From an uncultured Actinomycetes bacterium (lineage in GTDB: Bacteria; Actinomycetota; Thermoleophilia; Gaiellales; JAICJC01), in the NCBI GenBank assembly GCA_963723785.1, contig CAVRSB010000019.1:8459-72458 (forward strand): a stretch of DNA of 64,000 nt, in the 5' to 3' direction. Positions 41,197-52,193 of this stretch are shown here, piece by piece (the first letter of the stretch is position 1; the number at the start of each line of letters is the position of its first letter). The position numbers and the translations under genes were made by a program. The notes beneath the pieces were generated by a model, which was not told where the DNA came from, made no database searches, and saw nothing but the letters and a program-made list of their open reading frames with translations.

Positions 41197-43677
41197 TTAG
41201 CGGCGACCGCCGCGGTCGCGACCTCGGTCACGGCCGCCACCACCACCGCGGGGCCGCTCCTCACGCGGCTCCGGAGCGGGCGTGGATGCCGCCACCTCGA
41301 TCAACTGCTCCGGCGTGATCTCACTCTCGCCGTCCAGCTTGGCGACCAGCGTCAGGCCGATGCGGCCACGGTCCTTGTCGACCTCGACCACCTGGACACG
41401 CACCACGTCTCCGCGGTCCATCACCTGGGCGGCCGACTGCAGCCGATTGCCCTTGGGCAGGATGCGGCTGACATGCAGCAGGCCGTCGACACCCTTGCGT
41501 AGCTCGATGAAGGCACCGAAGTCGGCGATCTTCACCACCTTGCCGGTGTACTCATCCCCCACTTCGACGTCCTTGCACATCGCGTCGATGGTGTTGCGGG
41601 CCTCCTCGGCCAGCTCACCGTTGGCACCGTAGATGCGAATCGTGCCGTCTTCCTCGATGTCGATCTGTACCTCGTAGTCGGCCTCGAGCCCGCGAATCGT
41701 CTCGCCGCCCTTGCCGATCACCATGCCGATGTAGTCCGGCGGCACCTTGGTCGAGATGATCCGCGGTGCGTGCGCGGCAACCTGCTCGCGCGGAGCCGAC
41801 AGCGCCTCGCTCATCTTGCCGAGGATCACCAGCCGGGCCTCTCGCGCCTGGGTCAGCGCGTTTCGCAGGATCTCGGTGGTGACACCGGTGATCTTGATGT
41901 CCATCTGCAGCGCGGTGACGCCCTGCTCGGTGCCTGCGACCTTAAAGTCCATGTCACCGAGATGATCCTCGGCGCCCTGGATGTCGGTCAGGATGACGTA
42001 GTCGTCACCCTCCTTGATCAGCCCCATGGCGATACCCGCCACCGGCGCCTTGATCGGCACGCCGGCGTCCATCAGCGACAGCGTCGAACCGCACACCGAC
42101 GCCATCGACGACGATCCGTTCGACTCGAGAATCTCCGACACCAGTCGCAGCGTGTACGGGAAGTCCTCCTGGCTGGGGATGACCGGCACCAGGGCGCGCT
42201 CGGCGAGCGCTCCGTGGCCGATGTCGCGGCGCTTGGGGCCGCGCATGAACCCAGTCTCCCCCACCGAGTACGGCGGGAAGTTGTAGTGGTGGATGTAGCG
42301 CTTGGTGTCGTCCAACGACAGATCGTCGATGCGCTGCTCCTCCTTGCCCGTGCCCAGCGTGCAGAGCGTCAGCGCCTGCGTCTGGCCGCGGGTGAAGAGC
42401 CCTGAGCCGTGCGTTCGAGGCATCACTCCGACCGAGGCATGGATCGCCCGCAGCTCCGTCTCGGAACGTCCATCGGGGCGGCGCTTGTCGACGGCGATCT
42501 TGGTGCGGACGGTCTCCTTGTAGAGCTTGTCCACAGCCCCTGCAACCGCGGCCCTGGCGGCCGGGTCGAGCGTGGTGGCGCCGGAGGCGTCAGGCTCGGT
42601 GCGTGCCGGGAACGGCAGGTCGATGCCGGCGACGATGTCGTCCAGCAGCGCGGCCCGCTTGGCCGACTTGAGCTCCTTCGAGTCCTGCTCGGCATCGGTG
42701 AGCGCCTTCACGGCTTCGCCGTATTGCGCCTTGACAGCCGGATACACCGCCTGCTCCCTGGCTTCGACGACCAGCTCGGCAAACGCGAACTGGGCGCGCT
42801 GGCGCTGCAGCAGGTCGGTCTCGGTCGAGCTGCCGCTGACCGCGGGCGTCTCGTCCTTCAGGATCGCATCGGCAGTCGGCTGCAGCGCCGCCAGCCCGCC
42901 ACCGGTGATGGCGGCCTGAAGCGCCTGGCCATGCGTCTGGCGAAGCGACTCGGTCACGGCGCCGTCGGCCCACTTGGGCTGGCCGGCTTTCGACGCGAGG
43001 TCGATCTGCACCTGGCACAGCTTCTTGATCTCGGTGTGCGCGATCTCCAGCGCGGTGATCAGATCCTCCTCACCGATCTCCTGCGCACCCGCTTCGACCA
43101 TGGTGATCGCCTCGGGCGTGCCGCACACGATCAGGTCGAGGCTGGACTGCTTCAGCTCGGGCAGGGTCGGGTTGACCACCAGCTCGCCGTCCAGACGGCC
43201 GATCCGCACCGCGCCGACTGGGCCCAGGAAGGGCATCGGCGAGAGCATCAGCGCGGCCGAGGCGCCGTTGATGGCGAGCAGGTCGTGTCCGTTCACCATG
43301 TCGGTCGAGAACGTGGTGATGATCAGCTGCACCTCGTTCTTGTAGCCCTTCGGCCACAGCGGCCGGATGGGCCGGTCGACCATGCGTGCATTCAGGATCG
43401 CCTTCTCGCCGGCGCGTCCCTCACGCTTGAAAAACCCGCCGGGAATCTTGCCGGCGGCATACATCTTCTCTTCGACGTCGACCGTCAGCGGGAAGAAATC
43501 GGCTCCCTCACGTCCCTCGGTGCGTCCCACCGCGGTGGCGAGTACCACCGTATCTCCCTGCTGTACGAGCACCGCGCCATGCGCCTGCTTGGCGACGGCC
43601 CCGGTCTCGAAGCTGATCTCCTTGTCGCCAATGGTGGCGGCAACACGGGTCGCTCCCGGTTCGACTGCAATACTCAT
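41197..43677 (-). CDS. pnp: Polyribonucleotide nucleotidyltransferase (826 aa, enlarged helical domain)
   Basis: [54 protein letters not shown] and S1 domains. Confidence 0.98.
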   Translation of the reverse strand: MSIAVEPGATRVAATIGDKEISFETGAVAKQAHGAVLVQQGDTVVLATAVGRTEGREGADFFPLTVDVEEKMYAAGKIPGGFFKREGRAGEKAILNARMVDRPIRPLWPKGYKNEVQLIITTFSTDMVNGHDLLAINGASAALMLSPMPFLGPVGAVRIGRLDGELVVNPTLPELKQSSLDLIVCGTPEAITMVEAGAQEIGEEDLITALEIAHTEIKKLCQVQIDLASKAGQPKWADGAVTESLRQTHGQALQAAITGGGLAALQPTADAILKDETPAVSGSSTETDLLQRQRAQFAFAELVVEAREQAVYPAVKAQYGEAVKALTDAEQDSKELKSAKRAALLDDIVAGIDLPFPARTEPDASGATTLDPAARAAVAGAVDKLYKETVRTKIAVDKRRPDGRSETELRAIHASVGVMPRTHGSGLFTRGQTQALTLCTLGTGKEEQRIDDLSLDDTKRYIHHYNFPPYSVGETGFMRGPKRRDIGHGALAERALVPVIPSQEDFPYTLRLVSEILESNGSSSMASVCGSTLSLMDAGVPIKAPVAGIAMGLIKEGDDYVILTDIQGAEDHLGDMDFKVAGTEQGVTALQMDIKITGVTTEILRNALTQAREARLVILGKMSEALSAPREQVAAHAPRIISTKVPPDYIGMVIGKGGETIRGLEADYEVQIDIEEDGTIRIYGANGELAEEARNTIDAMCKDVEVGDEYTGKVVKIADFGAFIELRKGVDGLLHVSRILPKGNRLQSAAQVMDRGDVVRVQVVEVDKDRGRIGLTLVAKLDGESEITPEQLIEVAASTPAPEPREERPRGGGGGRDRGRDRGGRR

Positions 43678-43737
43678 TCTCTGTCTCCTCCGGCCCCTCC
43701 ATCTCGGGGGCCATCCTCCGTGAATCGGTGCTGCGCC

Positions 43738-44007
43738 CTATCGGCGCAGACCGAGTTCCTTGATGAGGGCGCGATAGCCCTCCAGGTCGTGCCTCTGCAT
43801 ATATGTCAGAAGCCTGCGGCGACGGCCGACCATCTTGAGCAGGCCGCGTCGCGAGTGATGATCGTGCGGGTGAGTCTGCATGTGCTCGGTCAGCTCGGTA
43901 ATCCGCTGAGTGAGCAATGCCACCTGCACCTTGGTTGAGCCGGTGTCCTGCTGACTTGCCCCATACTTGGCAATCAGCTCGCTCTTCTGTTCCTGGGTAA
44001 GCGGCAT
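43738..44007 (-). CDS. rpsO: 30S ribosomal protein S15
   Basis: [39 protein letters not shown]. Confidence 0.98.
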   Translation of the reverse strand: MPLTQEQKSELIAKYGASQQDTGSTKVQVALLTQRITELTEHMQTHPHDHHSRRGLLKMVGRRRRLLTYMQRHDLEGYRALIKELGLRR

Positions 44008-44011
44008 CGCC

Positions 44012-44096
44012 TACCACCTCCTTGCCGGTTGTCATCAAGTCGCCGACATCCCAGAACCGCGCCGGCAAGAGGCGCAAATCCGCGATGTGGCCGCTC
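44012..44096 (-). promoter_or_regulatory. Structured rpsO leader sequestering the Shine-Dalgarno
   Basis: CCUCUUGCCGG (44062-44072) can pair with CCGGCAAGGAGG (44017-44028), which contains the SD; a TGcTACCCT extended -10 lies just upstream. Confidence 0.55.
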
Positions 44097-44169
44097 AGCA
44101 GGGTAGCAGGGGCTTGCGTCCACCGCCGCAACGGATACGCTTTTGAGGTTCCCTAGCGAGGGTGTGAAC

Positions 44170-45115
44170 GTGAGCATTGCAGTCGTGACCGGCGGCGCCG
44201 GCTTTCTCGGGTCGCATTTCTGTGAATATCTCCTGGAGCGCGATTGGCGGGTGCTCTGCCTGGACAATCTCGACACCGGGACACTCGAGAACATCGAGGA
44301 TCTGCGCGGCGAGAACTTCGAGTTCCGCTACCACAACTGCGTCGACCACATCTCGGTGGACGGCCCGGTGGACGCGGTGTTCCACCTCGCCAGCCCGGCC
44401 AGCCCGGTGGATTACCTGCGACTTCCGCTGGCAACGCTCAAGGTCGGGTCATACGGCACCCACAACGCGCTGGGACTGGCGAAATTCAAGCGTGCCCGGT
44501 TCCTTTTGACCTCCACCTCGGAGGTCTACGGCGACCCCGAGATCCATCCTCAGCGGGAGGAGTACTGGGGCAACGTCAACCCGGTGGGGCCGCGCGGCGT
44601 GTACGACGAGGCCAAGCGCTACGCCGAGGCGCTGACGATGGCCTATCACCGGCAGCAGGGCGTGGATACGCACATCGCCAGGATCTTCAACACCTACGGC
44701 CCCCGCATGCGCGCCAACGACGGTCGCGCGATTCCCACCTTCCTGCGCCAGGCGATGGAGGGCAAGCCGCTGACGGTGTTCGGCGACGGCAGCCAGACGC
44801 GCTCGTTCTGCTACGTGGACGATCTGATCGAGGGCCTGTTCCGGCTGACCATGAGTAGCGAGCATATGCCGGTGAACATCGGCAAACCCGAACGAGATGA
44901 CGCTGCTGGAGCTGGCCGAGCGCGTGATTGCGCTGACCGGCGCCGACTCCAAGGTGGTCTTCGAGGGCCTCCCGGTCGACGACCCCAAGGTGCGGCAACC
45001 CGATATCGCCAAGGCCAGGCAGCTGCTGGACTGGGAGCCTCGGGTGACGCTGGATGACGGCCTGCGCCGCACGATCGAGAGCCTGGGTCACACTCCCGCC
45101 CCGGTATCCGGCTAG
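44170..45115 (+). CDS. UDP-glucuronate decarboxylase-like NAD-dependent epimerase/dehydratase (frameshift near 44885)
   Basis: [70 protein letters not shown]. Confidence 0.92.
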
Positions 45116-45123
45116 CCGGACGG

Positions 45124-46050
45124 TCACCCGAGCAGCGACCGCGTCTGCTCGACGTCGCGTCCGAGCTGGTCGATCAGCGCCTCCACTCGCTCGAACCGTT
45201 CCTCGTCGCGCAGCCGGTGGACGAACTCCAGGTTGATCGGCGAGCCGTACACCTCGCTGTCGAAATCGAGCAGATATGCCTCCACCCGCACCGCATCACG
45301 GGCGTCGGTGAACGTCGGGTTGTAGCCAACGCTGATGGCGGCAACGTGAGATCCGTCCAACAGATGCGCCCGTCCGGCGTAGATCCCCCGGCCGGGAATC
45401 ACCGACTGCGGCGCCGACATCACGTTGGCGGTCGGAAACCCGATCTCGCGCCCCCGCTTGTCACCGTGGACAACCTCACCGTCGAGCCACGGCGGGCGCC
45501 CCAGCAGGCGCTCAGCGCCGTGCACGTCGCCGGCCTCCACCAGCCGGCGGATGCGGGACGACGAGACCGGCTCGCCGTCGATTTCGAGCAGTGGCATCAC
45601 CGTGACATCGAAGCCCAGCTCTGCACCGGAGGCGGCCAGCTGTTCGGTGGTACCGGCTGCGCGATGGCCGTAGCGGAAATTCGCTCCGACCGTGACCGTC
45701 TCGGCTCCAAGTCGCCGGTGCAGAACGTCGCGGGCGAACGAGTCGGCGGAGACCCGCGACAGTTCGGCGGTGAACGGCACCACGATCACCTCATCCGGCC
45801 GGATCTCGCCGGCGAGCTCGATCCTGCGGGCCAGCGTGGCCAGCTCGGGCGGTGCCAGCTCGGGGCGAATCACCGCCATGGGGTGCGGATGGAAGGTCAC
45901 GACCGCCGATCGCAGATCGCGGGACTCGGCAGCGCAGATGGCGGCTTCGATCACCGCCCGATGGCCGAGATGCACGCCGTCAAACGTGCCGATCGCCAGC
46001 GAACGACGCGCCGGTGGCGCCAGGTCGTGGCTCATATAGACGTCGGTCAT
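45124..46050 (-). CDS. ribF: Bifunctional riboflavin kinase/FAD synthetase
   Basis: IGTFDGVHLGH, TFHPHP, VSSSRIR, GREIGFPTAN, NPTF, LRDE.RF. Confidence 0.96.
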   Translation of the reverse strand: MTDVYMSHDLAPPARRSLAIGTFDGVHLGHRAVIEAAICAAESRDLRSAVVTFHPHPMAVIRPELAPPELATLARRIELAGEIRPDEVIVVPFTAELSRVSADSFARDVLHRRLGAETVTVGANFRYGHRAAGTTEQLAASGAELGFDVTVMPLLEIDGEPVSSSRIRRLVEAGDVHGAERLLGRPPWLDGEVVHGDKRGREIGFPTANVMSAPQSVIPGRGIYAGRAHLLDGSHVAAISVGYNPTFTDARDAVRVEAYLLDFDSEVYGSPINLEFVHRLRDEERFERVEALIDQLGRDVEQTRSLLG

Positions 46051-46910
46051 GCCAGCACCACGACCGGGTGAAGCTGTCCGGCGCGGGGCTCGGCCACGGC
46101 CACCAGCTGGCCGTCGTGTGACAGCCGGGTGAGCTCTGACGCCGCTCCCGCAGGCTGTTCGATGGTGCGGCCGTGGACGACCAGCTCACGCTCGTCTGCC
46201 GACATGCGGTGATCGGGCAGATGCGAGAGCGTCTCCAGTGGCGTGCGAAACCATGGCCCCATGGGGTCTGCGCTGATCTGGTCGGTCGTACCGGCGTCCG
46301 CCACCTGCCAGGGGCCGATCGCGACCCGGCGGAGTGTGAGGCAATACCCGCCGGCCCCGGCGGCCTCGCCGATGTCGGCAGCGATCTGGCGCACATACGT
46401 GCCCTTGGAGCAGGTCACGTCGATCTCCGCGCGTTGCAGCTGTGGGTCAAAGCCGGTCACGTCCAGGCGGGAAACGCGGACCGCGCGCGGCGGTGCCACG
46501 ACGGTCTCACCGCGGCGCATGCGGGCGTACGAGCGTTGTCCGTCGATCTTGACGGCCGATGCCGCCGGCACCTGCTGAAGGATGTCGCCAACCAGCGCTG
46601 CCGCCGCCACTCTCACGGGATCGGCGTCGGTGGTCTCGCCCGTGTGCTCGATAGATCCCTCAGGGTCGAGCGTGGTCGACCGCGCGCCGAACTGGATCAC
46701 CGCCCGGTAGCGCTTGTCCATGTCGGTCAGAAACCGCGCCAGCCGGGTGGCACGGCCCGTCACCACCATCAAAAGGCCCGTCGCGAACGGGTCGAGGGTG
46801 CCGGTGTGGCCGGTCTTTGAGCCGAGTGCAGGACGGAGCTGGCGGAGCACTGCAAAGGACGAAGGCCCTGCGGGCTTGTCCACGAGGAACATGCCGCTGG
46901 GGCTGCTCAT
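46047..46910 (-). CDS. truB: tRNA pseudouridine(55) synthase
   Basis: DKPAG.SS, GHTGTLDPFATG, SAVKIDG, CSKGTYVR. Confidence 0.96.
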   Translation of the reverse strand: MSSPSGMFLVDKPAGPSSFAVLRQLRPALGSKTGHTGTLDPFATGLLMVVTGRATRLARFLTDMDKRYRAVIQFGARSTTLDPEGSIEHTGETTDADPVRVAAAALVGDILQQVPAASAVKIDGQRSYARMRRGETVVAPPRAVRVSRLDVTGFDPQLQRAEIDVTCSKGTYVRQIAADIGEAAGAGGYCLTLRRVAIGPWQVADAGTTDQISADPMGPWFRTPLETLSHLPDHRMSADERELVVHGRTIEQPAGAASELTRLSHDGQLVAVAEPRAGQLHPVVVLA

Positions 46911-46912
46911 GC

Positions 46913-47932
46913 TCAGGCTGCTGGTGCTGCCAGCTGGTCCGACACCTCGGCCACGATGAATGCGCGGATCTCATCGACGGTACCGTCGTGCGAGAAGCCG
47001 GCAGCCTGCTTGTGGCCGCCGCCGCGGGACTTGCGCGCGATCACCGACACGTCGATGCCGCCCCGGGATCGCAGCGAGACGCGGTTGGCGGTCACGGATC
47101 CGTCGGCCAGCGGCACCTGCTCGCGGATCACCGCCGCCACCTCGACGCCTTCGATCGCTCGCAGGGTGTCGATCAGCCCCTCGGTGGTGGCCTCGTCTCC
47201 GGCCACCGAGGCCAGTTCCTCTCGGGTGACGTGCGAGATCACAAGTTGGCCGTTCTGGTACATCTCGGCGTTGGCGATCACGCAACCGAGCAGCATCAGC
47301 TTGCCGAACGGCACCCGCTCGAACACGAGCTCGAACACCTTGTGCACGTCGGCGCCGGCCTCCACCAGGCGCGCAGCCAGTCGCAACGCGGTGGGACTGG
47401 TGGTGCGGTACTGGAACCGCCCGGTGTCGGTCACCAGGCCGACGTACAGCGCCTCGGCGATCTTGGGGGTGAGCTCGACACCCATGCCGTCGAACACCCG
47501 GGCCAGCAGCTCGGCCGTGGACGATGCACTGCCATCCACCAGGTTGACGTTCCCAAAGCGGCTGTTGTCGTGGTGATGGTCGACGTCGATGACCAGCTCG
47601 GCCGCTTCCAGAATCTCGGCGTAGTCGGGGCCGATGCGGCGCTCGTTGCCACAGTCGACCGCCAGCACCGTCCAGCCCTCCACCGAGGCCGGGTCGATCT
47701 CGCGCTCGAGGCCCTTGGTCTCGAGGAAGCTGACCTCGTGCGGAATCGTCGAGTCGGCGTGGATGTAGGTGCGCACCTGGGTGCCGCGGTTGCGCAGCGC
47801 CGAGGCGGCCGCCGACATCGACCCGATGGCGTCGCCGTCAGGGTTCTCGTGGGTCGCGATCAACACGCGGTCAGCCGCCGCGAGTGCGGCGACCACTTGA
47901 TCGAGGTCGTTCTGGAGACTGGGATCCGTCAT
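46913..47932 (-). CDS. nrnA: DHH family phosphoesterase (NrnA-like oligoribonuclease/PAP phosphatase)
   Basis: HENPDGDAIGS, DVDHH, TDTGRF, SLRS, GGGH..AAG. Confidence 0.9.
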   Translation of the reverse strand: MTDPSLQNDLDQVVAALAAADRVLIATHENPDGDAIGSMSAAASALRNRGTQVRTYIHADSTIPHEVSFLETKGLEREIDPASVEGWTVLAVDCGNERRIGPDYAEILEAAELVIDVDHHHDNSRFGNVNLVDGSASSTAELLARVFDGMGVELTPKIAEALYVGLVTDTGRFQYRTTSPTALRLAARLVEAGADVHKVFELVFERVPFGKLMLLGCVIANAEMYQNGQLVISHVTREELASVAGDEATTEGLIDTLRAIEGVEVAAVIREQVPLADGSVTANRVSLRSRGGIDVSVIARKSRGGGHKQAAGFSHDGTVDEIRAFIVAEVSDQLAAPAA

Positions 47933-48294
47933 TGAAGGTCTTCGGCCGCGGGACGCTCCTGCTCCAGGAGGTCGTTCAGTCGCAACGCGCGGTCGAGGGT
48001 CTCATCATAGTGGAAGGTCAGCAACGGAGTGCGCCTGAGCCGGAGCTCGCGGGCGATGCGCGATTGCAGCACGCCGTGGGCTCGCTCCAGCGACCGCAGC
48101 GAACGCTCACGCTTGCGGTCGTTACCCAACACGCTGACGTAGACGGCGGCTTCTGCGAAGTCGGAGGTCGCTCGCACCCCGGTCACGGTGACGAATCCGA
48201 TCCCCGGGTCGCCGAGCGCTTCGATCCCGTCTGCCAGCACTTCTCGGAGAGCCTCGTTGACTCGTCGCATCCGTTCAGTTGGCGGTCGGCTCAC
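47929..48294 (-). CDS. rbfA: Ribosome-binding factor A
   Basis: RMRRVNE, DP.IGFVTVT.V, A.VYVS, LRRTP.L.F.YD. Confidence 0.93.
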   Translation of the reverse strand: MSRPPTERMRRVNEALREVLADGIEALGDPGIGFVTVTGVRATSDFAEAAVYVSVLGNDRKRERSLRSLERAHGVLQSRIARELRLRRTPLLTFHYDETLDRALRLNDLLEQERPAAEDLQ

Positions 48295-48596
48295 AAATCC
48301 TCCTCGACCGACAGCAGGCTGCGAGTGCAACCGATCAGGTCGTAGTCCTGACCTGAAAGGTACCGCTCGGCCTCGTCCAAGGCGCGCACCGTCTCACTCG
48401 ACTCGCGCCGCACGACCACCAGGGTCAGCCGAGCGCGCTGCCACAGATCGTGAAAGTCGACCTCGGCGATGGAGGCGCCCAGCTGACGTTCGAGCTGGGC
48501 CTTGGTATGCCGCAGATGGCTGCGTTTGCCTTTCAGCGAGTGGGATTCGGGGAAGTGAAGATCGAACGTCAACACGCCGAGATACCCGCTGGCCAT
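48291..48596 (-). CDS. DUF503 (YlxP-like) protein
   Basis: G.L..DL.FPESHSLKGKR, SIAEV..HDLWQRA.L. Confidence 0.88.
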   Translation of the reverse strand: MASGYLGVLTFDLHFPESHSLKGKRSHLRHTKAQLERQLGASIAEVDFHDLWQRARLTLVVVRRESSETVRALDEAERYLSGQDYDLIGCTRSLLSVEEDL

Positions 48597-48646
48597 ACGA
48601 TAAAGCCTACCGGCGACCACGGGACGCCACGACGAAAGGCAGCGGA

Positions 48647-49858
48647 GTGAGTGAGGTGTCCGACTTCGGCGAGTTGGTGCTGGTCGTGTCGGTGGCGTTG
48701 CTTTTGGCGCTGCTCTGCAGCCGCCTCTCCAGCGGGCTGCGGGTACCCGCCGCGGCGTTGCTTTTGCTCGGCGCGGCGGTCGCGTCGGACATCGCTCCCC
48801 GACTGGGAACGATCGTGTCGATCCACGACGTGACCCGGATCGGGGTGGTTGCCCTGATCGTGATCCTGTTCGACGGTGGCATGGATCTCGGCTGGCGATC
48901 GGTGCGCCGCTCGATCGGCCCGGTGCTCGGTCTCGGGATCGTGGGCACATTCGCCACGGCGGGAATGATGGCCGCCGCCGCTCACTACCTGCTGGGGCTC
49001 GACTGGGTGCCGGCGGCGGTGATCGGAACCGCGCTCTCGCCCACCGACCCGGCGGTGATGTTCTCGGTGCTCGGAGACAACGCTCCCAGGGGCCGTGTTA
49101 CCACCATCCTGGCGGCGGAGTCGGGCGCCAACGACCCGGTCGGGATCGCGCTCATGATCGGCGTGTTGAGTGCCGTCTCGCATCCCGACCACTCCCATTG
49201 GAACGTCGCCGCGGACGTCGGCTGGCAAATGCTGGTCGGAGTGGTCGTGGGAGGCCTGGGCGCAGTGCTCACCACGAGAGTGCTGACGCGTCTCGTCCGG
49301 CCTGCGGGGGCGCTGGATCCGATCACCGCGCTGGCCGCTGCGGGAGTGATCTACGGCGTGGCCGCGGTGCTGGACGGGTCGGGGTTTCTGGCGGTGTTCG
49401 TGGCCGGGCTACTGATCGGCGACACCACCGTGGACGAGGACGGCTCGGTGCGGGCGTTCCATTCCCAGCTGGCATCGGTGGCCGAGTTGGTGGTGTTCGT
49501 CGGGCTGGGGCTGACCGTCTCGCTGGGGACGCTCGACCTCGCAACGGTGCTCACCGACGGCCTGGTGCTGGCGGCGATCCTGATCCTGGTGGCGCGGCCG
49601 GCGGCGGTGGCGGCGCTGCTGTGGCCGGCCAAGCTCAGGCGGGGTGAGAAGGTCTTCATCGGCTGGTTGGGGCTCCGCGGTGCCGTTCCGATCCTGCTGG
49701 CGGCGTTCGCTGTCGACGAGCACGTACAGCAGGCGCACACCGTCTACGGCATCGTGTTCATCGTCGTGACGGTGTCAGTGCTGATCCAGGGATCGCTGAT
49801 CCGCGCAGTCGCCCGGCGGGTGGGAGTCGACCTCGGCCCAACCGCCGATCACGCCTGA
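48647..49858 (+). CDS. CPA1 cation:proton antiporter (NhaP/CvrA-like, membrane domain only)
   Basis: ILFDGG, SPTDPAVMFS, AESGANDPVG, SGFLAVF, GLRGAVPI; about 12 TM segments. Confidence 0.92.
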   Translation: MSEVSDFGELVLVVSVALLLALLCSRLSSGLRVPAAALLLLGAAVASDIAPRLGTIVSIHDVTRIGVVALIVILFDGGMDLGWRSVRRSIGPVLGLGIVGTFATAGMMAAAAHYLLGLDWVPAAVIGTALSPTDPAVMFSVLGDNAPRGRVTTILAAESGANDPVGIALMIGVLSAVSHPDHSHWNVAADVGWQMLVGVVVGGLGAVLTTRVLTRLVRPAGALDPITALAAAGVIYGVAAVLDGSGFLAVFVAGLLIGDTTVDEDGSVRAFHSQLASVAELVVFVGLGLTVSLGTLDLATVLTDGLVLAAILILVARPAAVAALLWPAKLRRGEKVFIGWLGLRGAVPILLAAFAVDEHVQQAHTVYGIVFIVVTVSVLIQGSLIRAVARRVGVDLGPTADHA

Positions 49859-51909
49859 CGCGCAACCTCTTTGATCGAGTAGGCCTCGAGCACGTCGCCC
49901 TCTTTGATGTCGTCGAAGTTCTCGAGTGTGAGTCCGCATTCGAATCCCTGAGCGACCTCACGGGCATCATCGGAGAAGCGTTTGAGGGTCTCGATACGTC
50001 CGTCGTGGACGATCGCACCGTCGCGCACGATCCGCACCTGCGCGCCTCGCTGGATCACGCCCTGGGTGACCATGCAGCCGGCGATGGTGCCGACCTTCGA
50101 GGCCTTGAACGTCTGCCGCACCTCGGCCTCGCCCATGACCTCTTCCACCTTTTCGGGCGAGAGCATCCCGATCAGCGCCTGCTGAATGTCCTCGGTCAGC
50201 TTGTAGATCACGCGGTAGGTGCGGATATCGACACCCTCGCGCTCGGCCAGAGCCTTGGCGTCGGCGTTGGGGCGGACGTTGAATCCGATCACGATCGCGT
50301 TCGAGGCCGCTGCCAAGTTCACATCCGACGCCACGATGCCGCCGACGCCGGAGTGGATCACGTTGACCGTGACCTCGTCGTGCTGGATCTTGCCCAGCTC
50401 GTCGATGGCGGCCTCCACCGAGCCCTGCACGTCGGCCTTGATCACCAGGTTGAGCTCTTGCACCGCGCCCTCCTGGACGGCGCTGAAGAGATCCTCGAGG
50501 CTGACGGACTTGGAGCGCCGGGCCAGCATCTCGGTGCGCAGCCGTTGCGCCCGCTGCTGCGCCATCTGGCGCGCGACCCGCTCGTTGTCGACCACGTGGC
50601 AGAACTCTCCTGCAGGCGGCGGACGATCGAAGCCAAGGATCTCGACCGGAGTTCCCGGGCCGGCGTCTCGGACGCGCTTGCCGCTGTGATCGTTGAGCGC
50701 CTTGACCTTGCCCCAGGCGTCGCCGGCGACCACCGCATCTCCGACCCGCAGTGTGCCGCGTGACACCAGCAGCGTTGCCACCGGGCCGCGGCCGACGTCG
50801 AGCCGCGACTCAATGATCACGCCGGACGCTTCGGCCTTGGCGTTTGCGTGCAGGTCGAGCACGTCGGCCTGCAGCAGGATCGAATCCAGCAGCTTGTCGA
50901 GGTTGGTGCCGTTCTTGGCTGAGACGTCCTCAAAAATCGTGTCGCCGCCCCACTCGGAGGGCTGCAGACCGTGGGTCGTCAGCTCCTGGCGGGCGCGGTC
51001 GGGGTTGGCTCCGGCCTTGTCGATCTTGTTGACCGCAACCACGATCGGGACATCCGCCGCGCGGGCATGGTCGATCGCCTCCACCGTCTGGGGCATGACG
51101 CCGTCGTCGGCTGCGACCACCAGCACGGCCACGTCGGTGACCTTGGCACCGCGGGCACGCATCGCGGTGAACGCTTCGTGACCGGGGGTGTCGAGGAAGG
51201 TGACCTTGCGCCCGTCGGGGACGTCCACCTGGTAGGCGCCGATGTGCTGGGTGATGCCTCCCGCCTCGGTGGAGACCACCGAAGCCTCGCGAATCGAGTC
51301 CAGCAGCGTCGTCTTGCCGTGGTCGACGTGACCCATGATCGTGACCACCGGGGGCCGAGGGACAAGATCGGCGGGATCGTCGTCGTAGGTGATCTCCTCG
51401 TCGTCCTCGTCGGCGGCGTGCTGGATCGTGATCTCCCGCTCCAGCTCTCCCGCCAGCAGCTCCACGGCGTCGTCGGACAGCGACACGGTCAGCGTCACCA
51501 TCTCCCCCAGCCCCATCATCACCGTGATGATGCGGGCAGGCGAGATGCCGAGGGCCTCGGCCAGATCCTTGACGGTGATCCCGGACGGGACCTTGACCGG
51601 CCCGGTCGGGACCTCGACCTCTTTCTTGGGCTCGGGGCGAGCGCTGCGCTCCCGCCGCTGCGGCGGTTTGCGACCGGCTTGCGCGTCGATCACGACCCGG
51701 CGCTTGCCCTTCGGGGACGCGCCCCGCTGCGGGCGGGGATGGCGGGCCGGCTGACCCGGCTGCTGGGCCGGTGCGGCGCCGGCAGTGGCGTCGGCGGCGG
51801 CGTCGGCCGGCGGGGTGGCAGGAGCCTCTGCCGCCGCCGCCTCGGGCGCCTTGGCTGCAGGCGCCTTCTTGGCGGGCGCCTTCTCCTTTGTCGGTGGTCG
51901 CTTGGCCAT
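49849..51909 (-). CDS. infB: Translation initiation factor IF-2
   Basis: [47 protein letters not shown]. Confidence 0.98.
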   Translation of the reverse strand: MAKRPPTKEKAPAKKAPAAKAPEAAAAEAPATPPADAAADATAGAAPAQQPGQPARHPRPQRGASPKGKRRVVIDAQAGRKPPQRRERSARPEPKKEVEVPTGPVKVPSGITVKDLAEALGISPARIITVMMGLGEMVTLTVSLSDDAVELLAGELEREITIQHAADEDDEEITYDDDPADLVPRPPVVTIMGHVDHGKTTLLDSIREASVVSTEAGGITQHIGAYQVDVPDGRKVTFLDTPGHEAFTAMRARGAKVTDVAVLVVAADDGVMPQTVEAIDHARAADVPIVVAVNKIDKAGANPDRARQELTTHGLQPSEWGGDTIFEDVSAKNGTNLDKLLDSILLQADVLDLHANAKAEASGVIIESRLDVGRGPVATLLVSRGTLRVGDAVVAGDAWGKVKALNDHSGKRVRDAGPGTPVEILGFDRPPPAGEFCHVVDNERVARQMAQQRAQRLRTEMLARRSKSVSLEDLFSAVQEGAVQELNLVIKADVQGSVEAAIDELGKIQHDEVTVNVIHSGVGGIVASDVNLAAASNAIVIGFNVRPNADAKALAEREGVDIRTYRVIYKLTEDIQQALIGMLSPEKVEEVMGEAEVRQTFKASKVGTIAGCMVTQGVIQRGAQVRIVRDGAIVHDGRIETLKRFSDDAREVAQGFECGLTLENFDDIKEGDVLEAYSIKEVARQA

Positions 51910-52193
51910 TACCTCAATCCTTCCATTCCAGGAGCTCCGCGCTCAACCTCGAGCAGGCGTTCCAGCCCCCCGTAATCCTTGATCGTTTGCCGCAATCGCC
52001 GCCCCAGAGAGCCCTTTCCACGGGCGCGATCGGCACATTCCTGTCCGGGGCAGAGATAGGTGCCCCGCCCTTCCAAACGTCGATCCACGTCGATCACCAC
52101 CGAGCCTGCATCGGCTGTCACGCGCCACAACTCGGCCTGGGGCCGGCGGGCACCGCAGCCTGCGCATTGCCGGGTGGGAATGTGTGCGGTCAC
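51909..52193 (-). CDS. ylxR: YlxR/DUF448 RNA-binding protein
   Basis: P.RQCAGC, L.R, GRG.YLC...EC; conserved position between nusA and infB. Confidence 0.88.
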   Translation of the reverse strand: MTAHIPTRQCAGCGARRPQAELWRVTADAGSVVIDVDRRLEGRGTYLCPGQECADRARGKGSLGRRLRQTIKDYGGLERLLEVERGAPGMEGLR

